A stretch of DNA of 64,000 bases. Origin: Eledone cirrhosa (Eukaryota). The number at the start of each line of letters is the position of its first letter. Position 1 is the stretch's first letter. The translations under genes were made by a program, and so were the position numbers. The stretch is from positions 21,886,001-21,950,000 of the forward strand of contig OZ024748.1 of NCBI GenBank assembly GCA_964016885.1, written 5' to 3'. Shown here piece by piece: positions 1 through 11,618 of the stretch. A model generated the notes under the pieces. That model saw nothing but the letters and a program-made list of their open reading frames with translations. It had not been told where the DNA came from and did not search any database.

Positions 1-216
1 CGAAAGACTTATGATAAACTATATATATGTGTTTGTGTCTATATTGTATCTGTATTATTTTTGACCGTCGGTCAGTCAATGGCAACATTGAGGCCCGAGT
101 AAGTTAGATTACCGATATAAAAGACACAGAAGCGAAAAGCGAAAACCAACTAAACAGTGAGTGTGTTCTGTTATTAATTCTGGCAATATTACACAAATAT
201 GACCCTCCCCAAGTAT

Positions 217-364
<148 letters not shown>

Positions 365-805
365 CGAAGGAGTTGTGGTAAATAGCCGTCGAAACGGCTT
401 GAGCTCTGCCGTCGAGGTCATACATTTTCCTATATATATATATAAAGAGGAAAAAGTGGAAGAAGACACGCATATCCAATAACCCCGCCACAAGAGGCGT
501 TAGTTTGCTTGTAATAATTTTTGAGGCAAGCCAACAACACATTCACAGCGTTGCCGCCAGTGATAGCGGCTCTAAGATGCTGGAATATTAAAATTAATCA
601 AACTAAAATAAAGATAATAATATGACTACTAAGACTAATAAAAATAGAAGAAGATACGTAATACCAAAAGATTATACATACACATTTCTGTTCTAACATA
701 TATACATACACATACGTGTGTGATGTTTGTGTGTACGCATCTGAACGAATGTGCGTTATCGTGTGTTCTTACATATTAAAAAAAAAATATGGAGCGGGTA
801 TTAGA

Positions 806-878
806 AGCCCCCAGCGAGGTTCGAACTCACGACTTCTGGTTTACAAGACCAGTACTCTAACCACTGAGCTATGGAGGC
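806..878 (-). tRNA. tRNA-Thr(TGT), copy 1
   Basis: Reverse complement GCCTCCATAGCTCAGTGGTTAGAGTACTGGTCTTGTAAACCAGAAGTCGTGAGTTCGAACCTCGCTGGGGGCT, 73 nt. Acceptor stem GCCTCCA/TGGGGGC, anticodon arm CTGGT-CTTGTAA-ACCAG, TTCGAAC T-loop. Confidence 0.9.
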
Positions 879-939
879 AACTACGACAAGCGTTAACATA
901 TTTGAAGACTAACTGAATTAAGAAAAGTAATGTACAAGG

Positions 940-1890
940 TTCTCCTAAACAGAATGGAACCCACTGTGATCGAGGAACGTGAGGCAGCATGCGAGACGTG
1001 GAACCGGCTTGGACTTAGCCCAGTAGACGTCCCTTCTCCTTTTCCCCCTGCCAACGTTAAGTCTTCCCCAGAGTATTTGGGATGCCATCCAGTGCAAGCA
1101 GCTCTCAGACAGGTTTCAGCATATTGCTTTAATATTTCTTAAAATACACCCGAAATGCCTTTTAATGCAGGTATCCACCAGCGCCGTCTATAAACCAGGT
1201 TTAAAACGATATGAATTAGATGACTAAGTGAAGACTAAATGGATTCAGAGAAATGATGTAAGACAGCTATATTAAAATAGCTGTGTTCTTGTATAATATA
1301 CGTTCCCCCAGCCTGTGGCGTTCGAGGCGTTTGGAGGAGCTGGGTCGCTGACAACGAAGTCTTGTCATCATTGGCGGCTCACCATACCGAGGTATCATTT
1401 GATACTCCTGAGGGTGCTTGTTTGTTCCAGCACCTTAGCCTCGCTATCACTCGCGGTATGGCTACCAGTGTTGGCTTGCCTAAAAAGGTATTAGAGGGAG
1501 GCTTCCAAGTGTATCAAAGGTATCATGTGATGCCCGTGAGGGTGTTTGGTTTTTCCAGCACCTTAGTCTCGCTATCACTCGCAGTAAGGCTACCAGTGTG
1601 TCGGGTTGCATCAAAAGGTATTAGAGGGAGGCTTCCAAGTGTATCAAAGGTATCATGTGATGCCCGTGAGGGTGTTTGGTTTTTCCAGCACCTTAGTCTC
1701 GCTATCACTCGCAGTAAGGCTACCAGTGTGTTGGCTTGCCTAAAAAGGTATTAGAGGGAGGCTTCCAAGTGTATCAAAGGTATCATGTGATGCCCGTGAG
1801 GGTGTTTGGTTTTTCCAGCACCTTAGTCTCGCTATCACTCGCAGTAAGGTTACCAGTGTGTCGGGTTGCATCAAAAGGTATTAGAGGAAG
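940..1890 (+). mobile_element. Degenerate 3' end of a CRE-like (restriction-like endonuclease) non-LTR retrotransposon, with its last ~130 bp tandemly triplicated
   Basis: Translates to PVAFEAFGGAGSL...DTPEGACLFQHLSLAITRGMATSV and DAREGVWFFQHLSLAITRSKATSVL, resembling the 'LFQRLSxAIxRGNAxSVL' C-terminus of CRE-type ORFs. A ~130-bp unit starts at about 1484, 1614 and 1744. Confidence 0.6.
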
Positions 1891-2667
1891 GTTGCTAAAT
1901 CTATTTCCGTTAGTATTCATTCTTTTATCTAATCCAGAAGTAGTCATATCTGTAAATAGTTATTTCTTCAAAGTTACTCTTACATCTAATTTTGTATATC
2001 ATTTGTACATATATGCTGAATATTTATGTAATTGCATCATACAAATGAATTATTAAAATATCATATACGTTTTGTTTTAATATTGATGTTCCTTGAATTG
2101 TTTTTAATTTAGTCTTTATATTATATTAAGTTATATTGCAGTAAACCTAGTTTTTATACTATGATAGAACTGTCGATTAGAGTGTCTGTATTTTTATTTT
2201 CTGAGTTCAAATCCAATTGAAGTCAACTTTGTCTTTCCATTCTTCAGCGGTTGATAAAATAAAGTTCCAGTCAAGTACTAGGGTGGACGCAACCAGCTAC
2301 CCTCTGCCAACAGACTACTGGTCTTATACCTAAATTAGAAATCAATATAGAATGTAGAAGGAGTAGAAACGAGTTAGTTGGGAGTGACTGAGTGGAGATG
2401 GAACGAGACTAGCCAGCCTTGACGAGCAGAGAACATTGTAGTCGCGGTAAAAGACGAGACATCACATCTGTGGTTAACTTTATGTCAATTAGTTGAGTGC
2501 TTTTTCTTTTGATGTGTTTTAGGATATTTGTATGAGAAACGTCAGAAATAAGATTCTACATTTCTGTTCAAACATATATATATATATATGCTTGTGCGAG
2601 CACATATGAACACATATGTGTTATTATGTGTACTTAAATATTAAAAAGAAATAAAGGATATATTTGA

Positions 2668-2740
2668 AGCCCCCAGTGAGGTTCGAACTCACGACTTCTG
2701 GTTTACAAGACCAGTGCTCTAACCACTGAGCTATGGAGGC
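2668..2740 (-). tRNA. tRNA-Thr(TGT), copy 2
   Basis: Same cloverleaf as copy 1, with fully Watson-Crick D stem (GCTC/GAGC) and T stem (GTGAG/CTCAC). Two substitutions relative to copy 1. Confidence 0.92.
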
Positions 2741-3632
2741 AACTACAGTAAATTGCTTTAATATTTCTTAAAATATACCAGGAATGCATTTTAATGCAGG
2801 TATCCGCCAGAGCCGTCTATAAACCAGGTTTAAAACGATATGAATTAGATGACTAAGTGAAGACTAAATGGATTCAGAGAAATGATGTAAGACAGCTATA
2901 TTAAAATAGCTGTATTCTTGTATAATATACGTTTCCCCAGCCTGTGGCGTTCGAGACGTTTGGAAGAGCTGGGTCGCTGACAAAGAAGTCTTGTCATCGT
3001 TGGTGATGTCTTCTTTTGTGAAAATGGGTATAGCTTTCATTATGTAAAATGTCTCCACGTTTTGGGCAATTTTTTTTCATGGTACTCCCGTTTGGGTTTT
3101 TAGAAGTTGGCAGGTCTGATTCCTTGAATTGTTTTTAATTTAGTCTATATATTATATTAAGTTATATTGCAGTAAACCTAGTTTTTATACTATGATAGAA
3201 CTGACGAGTCATTAGGGTGTCCGGATTTTTATTTTTTGAGTTCAAATCCAATTGTCTTTCCATTCTTCAGAGATCGATAAAATAAAGTTCCAGTTAAGTA
3301 CTAGCGTGGACACAACCGGCTACCCTCTACCAACAGAGTACTGTCATTGTGCCTAAATTCAACAACCCAGAGGATAAGAAGGGGCAACTCCTTCTCTTAT
3401 ACCAACCTCACCACCATCACCGCAAAAAAGAGAATTCAAAATAGTGGGAAATATTCGGGGAAGATAAGAAGAAAAGATTGTCGAACAAAAATAATGGCTT
3501 CTGATTTAGGCACAGGGAGTAGAAACGAGTTAGTTGGGAGTGATTGAGTGGAGATGGGACGAAACTAGCCAGCCTTGGCGAGCAGAGACCATTGTAGTAG
3601 CGATAAAAGAGGAAGAGAGGAGACAGTACACT

Positions 3633-5070
3633 TATTTCATTTCATTTCATTTCATTTGAGTTTGAGTCCATGCTCAGGCCAAGTCGAAGACTCCACCCTC
3701 AGAGTCTGGTGTGGTTGCCAGGTTGTATTCTCTGTTTAATTTTGACATGTGTAGGAGCGAGTTTGAGTCAGTTTGTGCTCGTTGTGTATATCCTGGGAGA
3801 TGGGGTTCATCTCTAATGGTGCTTAAGTATCTATCCAGCTGCAATTTGAATGATTCCACACTGCATCCTGATAGATTTCTGACATGTACCGGAATGGAGT
3901 TGAATAGTTGTGCCCCTCGAACCAACAGACTTGACTCTCGCAGGGTTTTTGCTGCCTGGCCAGCCTTTTTGTTGATTGGTGGTAGCTGGCAGCGTCTTCC
4001 GTGGCGCAGTGAGTGGTAGGTTTTGATACCAAAGTTTGGCACCTTTTGCTCTATCATTTTCCAAATGTATATAATTCGGTATCGCTCAAATCTTCTTTCT
4101 ATTGAGTACATCTTCAAGGTTTTGAGTCTTTGCCAATAGTCCAGGTCCCTCGTTTCTGAGAAGTATGAGGTAAAATTTCTTTGGAGCGATTCCATCTTAG
4201 ATAGTTGGCCCTTTGTTGTTGGTGACCACAACTGAGAACAGTAGTCAATCCTCGGAAGTATCATACTGTTCCAGAGGGTTTTCATTGTTGAGGTATCTCT
4301 TGATTTGAAGGTGCGCAAGATCCACCCGCTGTACTTTCTTGCAGTAAGACAGACTGAGTCAAGGTGTTCTCTGAATTTTAGGCTGGTTCCCATGTGGATG
4401 CCTAAATCTTTCACACACTGTTTTTCCATTATTTGTTGTCCTGATGGGTTTCTGTAGTTTGTTGTATTTTTCAGATCTTGATCTGTTCCGTAGCGAATTA
4501 GTTCAAACTTCTTATCATTGAACAACATGTTGTTTGTTTCCTGCCATTTGTATATGGTGGTCAGGTCCTTTTGTAAGGCCTCTGTATCCACCTCGTCTTT
4601 GATTTGTCTCATGACCCTGGTGTCATCAGCAAAGGATGAGATGTTGCTGGTTGTATCTTCATCTATGTCAGAGATGAGGATGAGAAACAGGATCGGGCCG
4701 AGTACTGTACCCTGAGGAACACTGCTGGTCACAAGTGATGGTGTTGAATGGGTTCCATTCACAGTGACTGTTTGAGTTCTATTTGTAAGGAACTCATGTA
4801 TCCATGTACCAACTTTTCCTCCTACTCCTAGCTTTCGAAGTTTGTGTCCCAGGATGCCATGATCTACCTTGTCAAATGCCTTGGCAAAGTCGAGGTAAAT
4901 AACATCTGTGTTGTATCCGTTCTCTAGATTTTCTAGGATTTGGTCATGGTGTGCCAGTAGTTGGGAAAGACATGATCTACCTAACCTGAATCCATGCTGG
5001 TTGCAATTCATCAGATTGTTGGATTCCAGGAACTCAACCAGTTTTCCACGAACTATTCTTTCGAAGACCT
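3633..5070 (-). mobile_element. 5'-truncated CR1/L2-group LINE; reverse transcriptase ORF uninterrupted (3674-5070)
   Basis: RT motifs QHGFR, YLDFAKAFDKVDH, VPQGTVLGPILF, FADDT, VKDLG, RIDYCSQLW. The frame stays open up to the truncation point (VFERIVRGKL...). (TGAAA)n 3' tail at about 3633-3656. Confidence 0.92.
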
Positions 5071-5109
5071 ATAATTGATTTTATGTCAATTAGTTGAATG
5101 CTTTTTCTT

Positions 5110-5460
5110 TTGGTGTGTTTTAGTATGTCTGTATGAACAACATCAGCAATGTCCCAGACGAGAGAGCAGTAGCCCATTGTAATTCTCACTTGAATTTTGT
5201 TGAGGGCCATTAACTGTTGAGGGTTGAAGTATTTTCTTGCAGTGAGGAAAAGGTCCAGTCTTTCAGATGCGGTCCTAAGTATGTTAAGGATGTGTTTGCC
5301 ATGAGAGATCCTCAGTAATGAGACCCAGCGTTTGAAGGAATCATGAGATCGCTAGATATGTGATCTTTATACTCAAGAAAGGTGGGGACTGATGAAGAAG
5401 AAATCGAGAGATAGTATAGAGTAAGAAAAGGAAGAAATGGTGGAAAAACTGTTTCCGCAG
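5110..5460 (-). mobile_element. Old degenerate CR1-like LINE fragment
   Basis: Minus frame reads RLDLFLTARKYFNPQQLMALNKIQVRITMGYCSLVWD, like the post-RT region of CR1/L2-group ORF2. Confidence 0.55.
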
Positions 5461-5513
5461 GAGGAGAGCACGTATGTGTTTAGTTAGTTAACTGTTAATA
5501 TCTTTGTTTGATA

Positions 5514-5726
5514 AGGGCGGTGGTTTGGCAGTTTCGGTGGAGCGTCGGACAACATGCTTTATGGTATAGAGTTACGGCCTTTTACGATCTGAGTTCAAAT
5601 CCTGCCGAGGTTAGCTTTGCCTTCATCCTTATGGGGTTGATGAAACAAAGTACCAGTAATGCACTGGGGTCGATTTAATCGACTTTGCCCCTTCCCAAAA
5701 TTGTTGGCCTTGTGAATAAATCAGAA
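5514..5726 (+). mobile_element. tRNA-derived SINE (representative copy; >25 full or partial copies, e.g. 9050-9530 tandem pair, 17140-17750 cluster, 29080-29300, 30265-30445, 56210-56520, 60735-61120)
   Basis: A-box/B-box head (tggcagtttcggtggagc...gagttcaaatcc), then the conserved core ctttgcctttcatccttacggggtcgataaaataaagtaccagt (resembles the Meta-type SINE core) and the tail tgctggccttgtgcc. Confidence 0.85.
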
Positions 5727-6267
5727 GCCTTTCTTTTTTGTTGGATAATTTTTTCTTTCTTTCCTGAATATTTCCAACTATTTTGCTTGAATCTCATTTT
5801 TTGTGGTGATGCTGATGGGATTGGTATGGGAGAAACAGTTGCCCCTTCCTATCCTTGGGGTTGTTGTAAGCCTTTGATCAACTGTAATATTACTTGAAAG
5901 AAAAACAGGGCAGGGGATTAGCAGAGCCAGGAGAGCGTCGGATATTTGCTTTACAGTATTTTGTTCTGGGTCTTTATGTTTTGAGTTCAAATCCCATCGA
6001 GGTCAACTTTGTCTTTCTTCCTTCAGAGATCGATAAAATAAAGTACCAGTCAAATACTGAGGTTCATTTATTCGACTTTGTCCTTCCCCAAAATTGGTGA
6101 CTTTGTGCCTAAATTGTATGTATAGACCCGTAACTCCTGATGGAATAGTAGGGGCCCTGTAGTGACATACAAGTGTCTTGGGCATTTAAAACCTGGTGGA
6201 GCCCATTCCCTCTCCAGGTCTGAGCACAGCTGATTTCTTCCAGTGAGAGAGAGAGAAAGAGGAAGTG

Positions 6268-6300
<33 letters not shown>

Positions 6301-6936
6301 TCGAAATAGAGAGAGAAAGAGGAAGAAAGAGAGAAAGAGGAAGAAAGAGAGAAAGAGGAAGAAAGAGAGAGGAAGTGTGTGTGGGTGCGAGAGAGAGAGA
6401 GAGGGGAAGTGTGTGTGGGTGCGAGAGAGAGAGAGAGAGAGAGAGAGGAAGTGTGGGTGAGAGAGAGAGAGAAAGAGGGGTGGGGGAGATTTAGGAGAAG
6501 AATCAACTCCAGTAATGGACTGGTATTTTTTATCGACCCCAAAAGAATGAAAGGCAAAGTTGACCTCGGCTGATTTTGAACTCGGAATAGAGAGAGAACC
6601 GAATGCAATGCTGCAAGGGTTCTATCCGACGTTCTAACCACTCCACGTGTCTAAACTAGAAGTAGAAATTACTTTGGTAGACGAAGAAGAAGAACAAGAA
6701 AGTATTATAGCAAAGCAGAAAACAATACACTACGACATACAAGTTGAATATTTTATGTACATATTTTATTCGTGATCAACATAGAGATCAAAACAAATTG
6801 GAATTGCTTTTGATTTATATTTAAAATAATTAAGAAAAACAGTTTATTCAGAAAATAGCGGCATCTGTTTGGAAAAGCAATTTGGTTTTATATCCATGTA
6901 TTGCTGTCAAAGTAATTTTCTAAGTTTCCTTTTGGA

Positions 6937-9802
6937 TTATTCTGAAAGAAAGCAATGAAATATAAGATTAACAGTGATTTTATATTTGTTAAATAATCTT
7001 TTATTTTGAAGATTAAAACATTAAGTTACGTAACTAAAGAATACGATTTGGAATGGATCTCTGTCTGTTTCAACGATGAGTTTTCAATTGTTCGATCAAC
7101 GGAACAGTCAGCTCATGAAACTAACGTGTAAGTGGCTGAGAATTCCACAGACATGTGTACTTTTATTGTAATTCTCAGGGAGATTTAGCGTGACACAGTG
7201 TGTGGCAAGGCTAGTTCTTTGAATTACATGTATAGTCCACTCGATAGACTTCCAAATAATTTCCATCAACCCACTCAGAAGACATTGGTCGATCCGAGAC
7301 TTTGGTAAATGACAGTTGCCCAAGGTACAACGCAGTGGGATCGAACTCGAGACCTAATGATTGTGAAGCGAATTCCTTAACCATTCGGCCATGTATCCAC
7401 AATACGATTCAAATTGTCTAATGAACAGAATAATGACCATACATAATTAAACCCACAATTAATATTGGTTTAGCCGTTCATTCTTTTAGGCATGAAATTT
7501 CTTTCACTGAGCCGAACTAGAAAACAATATCGATTCTATCCGGATTTGAAATCAGAACTAAGAAGGGCGAAACTTAAAGTTTTATCCAACTTTAATGTTT
7601 CCCCCAACTTGCTATTGAAACTGTATCATTTTCGCATATACAATATACAGATCTTTGACAAAGGTACAGAGTTTCAAATATGAGGAATTGGTGTGGTTGG
7701 TTGTATCGGTATCAGTAGTTTTAACTTTGACCATGAAGGGGTAAGTTAACCGTAACAGGATTTGAACATAGAACTTAACCCTTTAGCATTTACATTACTC
7801 CATCTATACTATTGTATTTTTGTGGTAAAGGCTTTATTTTACATAATTATCTCACATAATATGAAATCTATGAGATTTTGATATTATTTATTTTAAGAAC
7901 AATACTTTAACGTCAGTATGAGCAGCCAGTTATGGCCGGTTTAAACAGAAAGAGGCGAGAGAATTCTGGCCGAATACGGCCGGTTTAAATACTAAAGGGT
8001 TAAATGAACATAACTAATGGCCGTGAGGCATATCATTCGATAGTCTATCGATTCTGGAAATCTATCACCTTGTTAAATATTACAAGTATATACGTATGTA
8101 GAATTACCAACCGAAAGGTAAGAATGTTAAAAGTGATATTGTTAAATATACTTTAGAATATAAATAGAAATTTTGTGAAGCACGTAGGGGATCGAAATGA
8201 TAATATATGTTTCTGGCATCGAGAGAAAGAACCACGACTATAAAATAGTTGTAAATCTGCCCCAAGGGGTTTATTCACAGCTATTTTATAGTGATAATCT
8301 ATGCGTCTTGGTTCTTTGTTCGATGGTAAAAAAAAACACACTTTGTAATACTTTAGAATATTTTTATGGGATGTAACAATTAAAACATAGAAAAAAAAAA
8401 ATAATCATAGACTGAAATAATTTCAAAATAAAACCTATCTTCTTACCATCACTTTGTCTAGCAGCCATTGCTTCAGCGAATGCATTAGAAGCAGCTCTTT
8501 TGCTGATACTCCGTCCAAACCTTAATTGAAAAAGAAAATTATTTCACATATGCACAATTATTGAATATATAAATACAAAATGGAGTTTATATTACAAAAA
8601 TATTATTTTTGCATAATAATTTTCTAACAAAGAATCTGATTAATATTAGTTATTAAAATTCGCATAAAATACGAATAATCGATAGGAGAAAAGAAAAAAA
8701 ATGTAGAAAAAGAGAAAATAATATTTAGCTGAAAGAATTGTTCTCTTACGGTAATTTAAATAATATTATATGATTCTAAACAAAGCGGTTGTTTTAAGAA
8801 GTAGCTGGACAATGTGAAATGCGTGCGTCCCAACGCAAATGACTATAATAATAGTCGATCACTATAAATAATAGTTGAGAAAGACATGGAGTAAATAGAA
8901 TAATATCAAAATAAGGAAGAGACACAGAGGAGCAAGAAGTGTCACTGAGAAGGTCACACACTGTGTGACGAAAGAGCTTTGACAATTAAATATAACAATT
9001 AAACAACCATCCTGTTAAGCTAACCGAGCAATCGGTTATTCACTTAATTAATAATCGTTTTTTTTTTGCACAAGACCAGCAGTTTGATGGGAAGAGAAAA
9101 GTCGATTAAATTAATCTCAGTGCATTACTGGTACTTTATTTTATCTATCCCGTAATGATGAAAAGCAAAGTTAACATCGGTAGGATTTGAACTCAGAACG
9201 TAAAGGGTCGTAACTATATGCCACAAAGCATGTTGTCCGACACTCTACCGATTCTATGGCCAATCCAACACTCTGAGTTACTTAACTAATAATTGTTTCT
9301 TATATAGACACAAGACCAGCAATTTTGGCGGAGGGGAAAGTCGATTAAATCGACTCCAGTACGTGACTGGTACTTTATTTTATCGACCCCGTAAGGATGA
9401 AAGGCAAAGTTAACCTCGGTGGGATTTGAACTCAGAACGTAAAGGGTCGTAATTATATGCCACAAAGTATGTTGTCCGACACTCTACCGATTCTATGGTC
9501 AATCCAACGACCTGAGTTACTTAACTAATAATAAAACTGAAATGAAATACAATTGGTGCGTGTGTTTTTATTGGCAACATGACCGCCACAAAATACAATA
9601 TTTGAAAATAATAGTTATACATTTACCTAGGTCGACCAACGATGGCATAATATTCATTGAGGGCTTTTAGGTATTTTCTAAGCTCTTCGGGACTTCTGAA
9701 TTCAGAGGGACGGTTAGGAGGTGCAAGCATACTTTCCTGACAGGAAACTTGCATAGCAAACATAATCCCAACTAATAGAAGAGTGATGATAATTTTCTGC
9801 AT
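6937..9802 (-). CDS. NPF: Neuropeptide F/Y precursor, 84 aa; coding exons 9802-9627, 8520-8447, 6941-6937
   Basis: Spliced translation MQKIIITLLLVGIMFAMQVSC|QESMLAPPNRPSEFRSPEELRKYLKALNEYYAIVGRPRF-GR-SISKRAASNAFAEAMAARQSDE*. Signal peptide, RPRF-amide with GR amidation/cleavage signal, phase-2 intron inside the Arg codon of RPRF, GT-AG at all junctions, AATAAA at 6765-6770. The 5-nt last coding exon is the least certain part. Confidence 0.93.
7040..7395 (-). mobile_element. Second SINE family (other copies about 38290-38410, 47340-47530, 58070-58220)
   Basis: tRNA-like head on the minus strand (ggttaagg...gagttcgatccc) and a body (aacgtgtaagtggctgagaattccacagac) shared by the other copies. 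Confidence 0.7.
7779..7999. mobile_element. piggyBac-type MITE (221 bp) inserted in a SINE within the NPF last intron
   Basis: TTAA on both sides, CCCTTTAG...CTAAAGGG termini, and a near-identical copy at 25135-25355. Confidence 0.85.
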
Positions 9803-10091
9803 ATTTGATTTGTTGAAATCTGTCAATTAAAAGATAAAAACAAACATTAAGAAAATAAAACCGATACAAACATTTGATTTCAATTGAAGATCTAAAAACA
9901 GCAAGCCAAATAGTTAAGTCCCGCAAAATATGATTCGATCCATGTTTTTTATTATTATTGTTATTATTATTTCTAATTAAGTACGTGAAAATAAGAGCAT
10001 GTTGCTTTGTAATTTGCAAGACTGCTCTCAGTTAATCGAAGGTTTTTAACTCATTCCATTTCATAAGTGGGAATCTATCAAACACGCATGT

Positions 10092-10122
<31 letters not shown>

Positions 10123-10364
10123 CAATCATATATATATACATATATATACACATATATGCACACACATGGATACATATATGCATACAGTGACTTATATATA
10201 CATATGTGTGTGTATATATATATATTCCCACTCAACAATATATATATATATATATAAAACCACTCTCAATTCTTATTTTTGAAAAGCATAAGAACTGTGA
10301 AACTGGTAAAGGAAACAAATAAATATTCTTAAAAACACTCCAGTTGCATTTTCGATTTCTTTTA

Positions 10365-10397
<33 letters not shown>

Positions 10398-10399
<2 letters not shown>

Positions 10400-10601
10400 C
10401 GGAGGAAATGTGGTAAGGAACCAGGTGGACCATAACGCACCAAAGTACTCAATACTTAGGGTAGTAGAGTGGGTAATAGGAATGAGTAGGACCCCGACGG
10501 CTGAGCTCAAGCCGTTTCGACGGCTAATTCTGGACTAATTCTGTCCAGAATTAGCCGTCGAAACGGCTTGAGCTCAGCCGTCGGGGTCCTACTCGTTCCT
10601 A
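10398..10601. mobile_element. (TA)n-embedded fold-back element, probably Penelope-like pseudo-LTR derived (copies 362-431, 12568-12701, 12908-13107, 18117-18309, 24383-24575, 42310-42484)
   Basis: A ~135-bp long arm plus an inverted ~60-bp short arm, in most copies both abutting (TA)n. Contains GAAACGGC-TTGAGCTCA-GCCGTC, the 3' half of a hammerhead. Confidence 0.75.
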
Positions 10602-10637
10602 TATATATATATATATATATATATAGGAACGAGTAGG

Positions 10638-10676
<39 letters not shown>

Positions 10677-11210
10677 GTAATAATAATAAATTTGAAGACT
10701 AAAATCCAAAGAGGGCTCGATAAGGATAAATATATATCAAATATATAAGAACCGTAGAGCAAATATTTATTAAAATAACAGATTAAAGTTTAAGCAAAGA
10801 ATCGCTGCTTTCACCCTTAACGGGATCTTATGAAACTAACAAAGTCAATCTGTGAATGCAGAAGTGAATATTTCAAAAAACGTTGCAACCGGAGGAAGAC
10901 AGGAAGACCATATTTTGGTTCGTGGAAACGTTCCCTGGCAAAGAACGGGAAAAAACGAATATAATACGTCATTATTTGGAGCGGTGAAAAACAATTACAC
11001 GCAAAGACAAAACCACGTTTATGGTGTAAAAGAAGTCGTAGACTAATATTCTCTTAGGTGGTTCATAGAGACGTTCTCTGGCAATGAACGGAAAAAACGA
11101 AGATAATACGTCATATGTGGAGCGTGGAGAACAATTGCACGCAAGGGTGAAAGCAGCGATTCTTTGCTTAAACTTTAATCTGTTATTTTAATAAATATAT
11201 AATATATATA

Positions 11211-11618
11211 CGAGGGCAATCCCAAAAGTAAGGTCTCCTTCCGATATTGCAACTTCCGATATTGCAACTTTTCCGTTAAAATCCTGTGGATGGTGCTTCG
11301 GGAAACCTCAGGAACCAAAATGCAGAGAGCATCCAGAATGATCCGCCGATCTTTACGCATGTTTTCCTCGGAAGGAGACCTTACTTTTGGGATTGCCCTC
11401 TATATAATAACTGCGCGAAATTCGCACTTGGCGGTAGCATTCAACGGGAGCTCCATTCTCAACGGCTGCCAAGCCAAGATTGAGCATCCCAATGAAGCGT
11501 GTGCATGCTTGTTTGGAAGTGAAGGAAGCACCAATCACAACAGTGTTGCCAACAGCCGTACGAACAGTTTCTCTGCGTCCCTATCGCTTTGGAGACCTTA
11601 CTTTTGGGATTACCCTCG
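11211..11618 (-). mobile_element. Internally deleted/rearranged mariner element with three TIR copies
   Basis: TIR CGAGGGCAATCCCAAAAGTAAGGTCTCC at 11211, inverted at about 11373-11400 and 11591-11618, with TA flanks. Transposase remnants MELPLNATAKCEFRAVI and RKDRRIILDALCILVPEVSRSTIHRILTEKLQYRK. Confidence 0.85.

Noticed and set aside
5514-5610. SINE heads as tRNA genes
   Set aside because: A/B boxes are present but there is no closed acceptor stem, and each is followed by the SINE core.
9623-9826. ORF-track start and stop for NPF (MTDFNKSN... ending RPR*)
   Set aside because: The TTG start overlaps the splice acceptor and the stop lies in the intron. The real ATG is at 9802 and the frame continues in the next exon.
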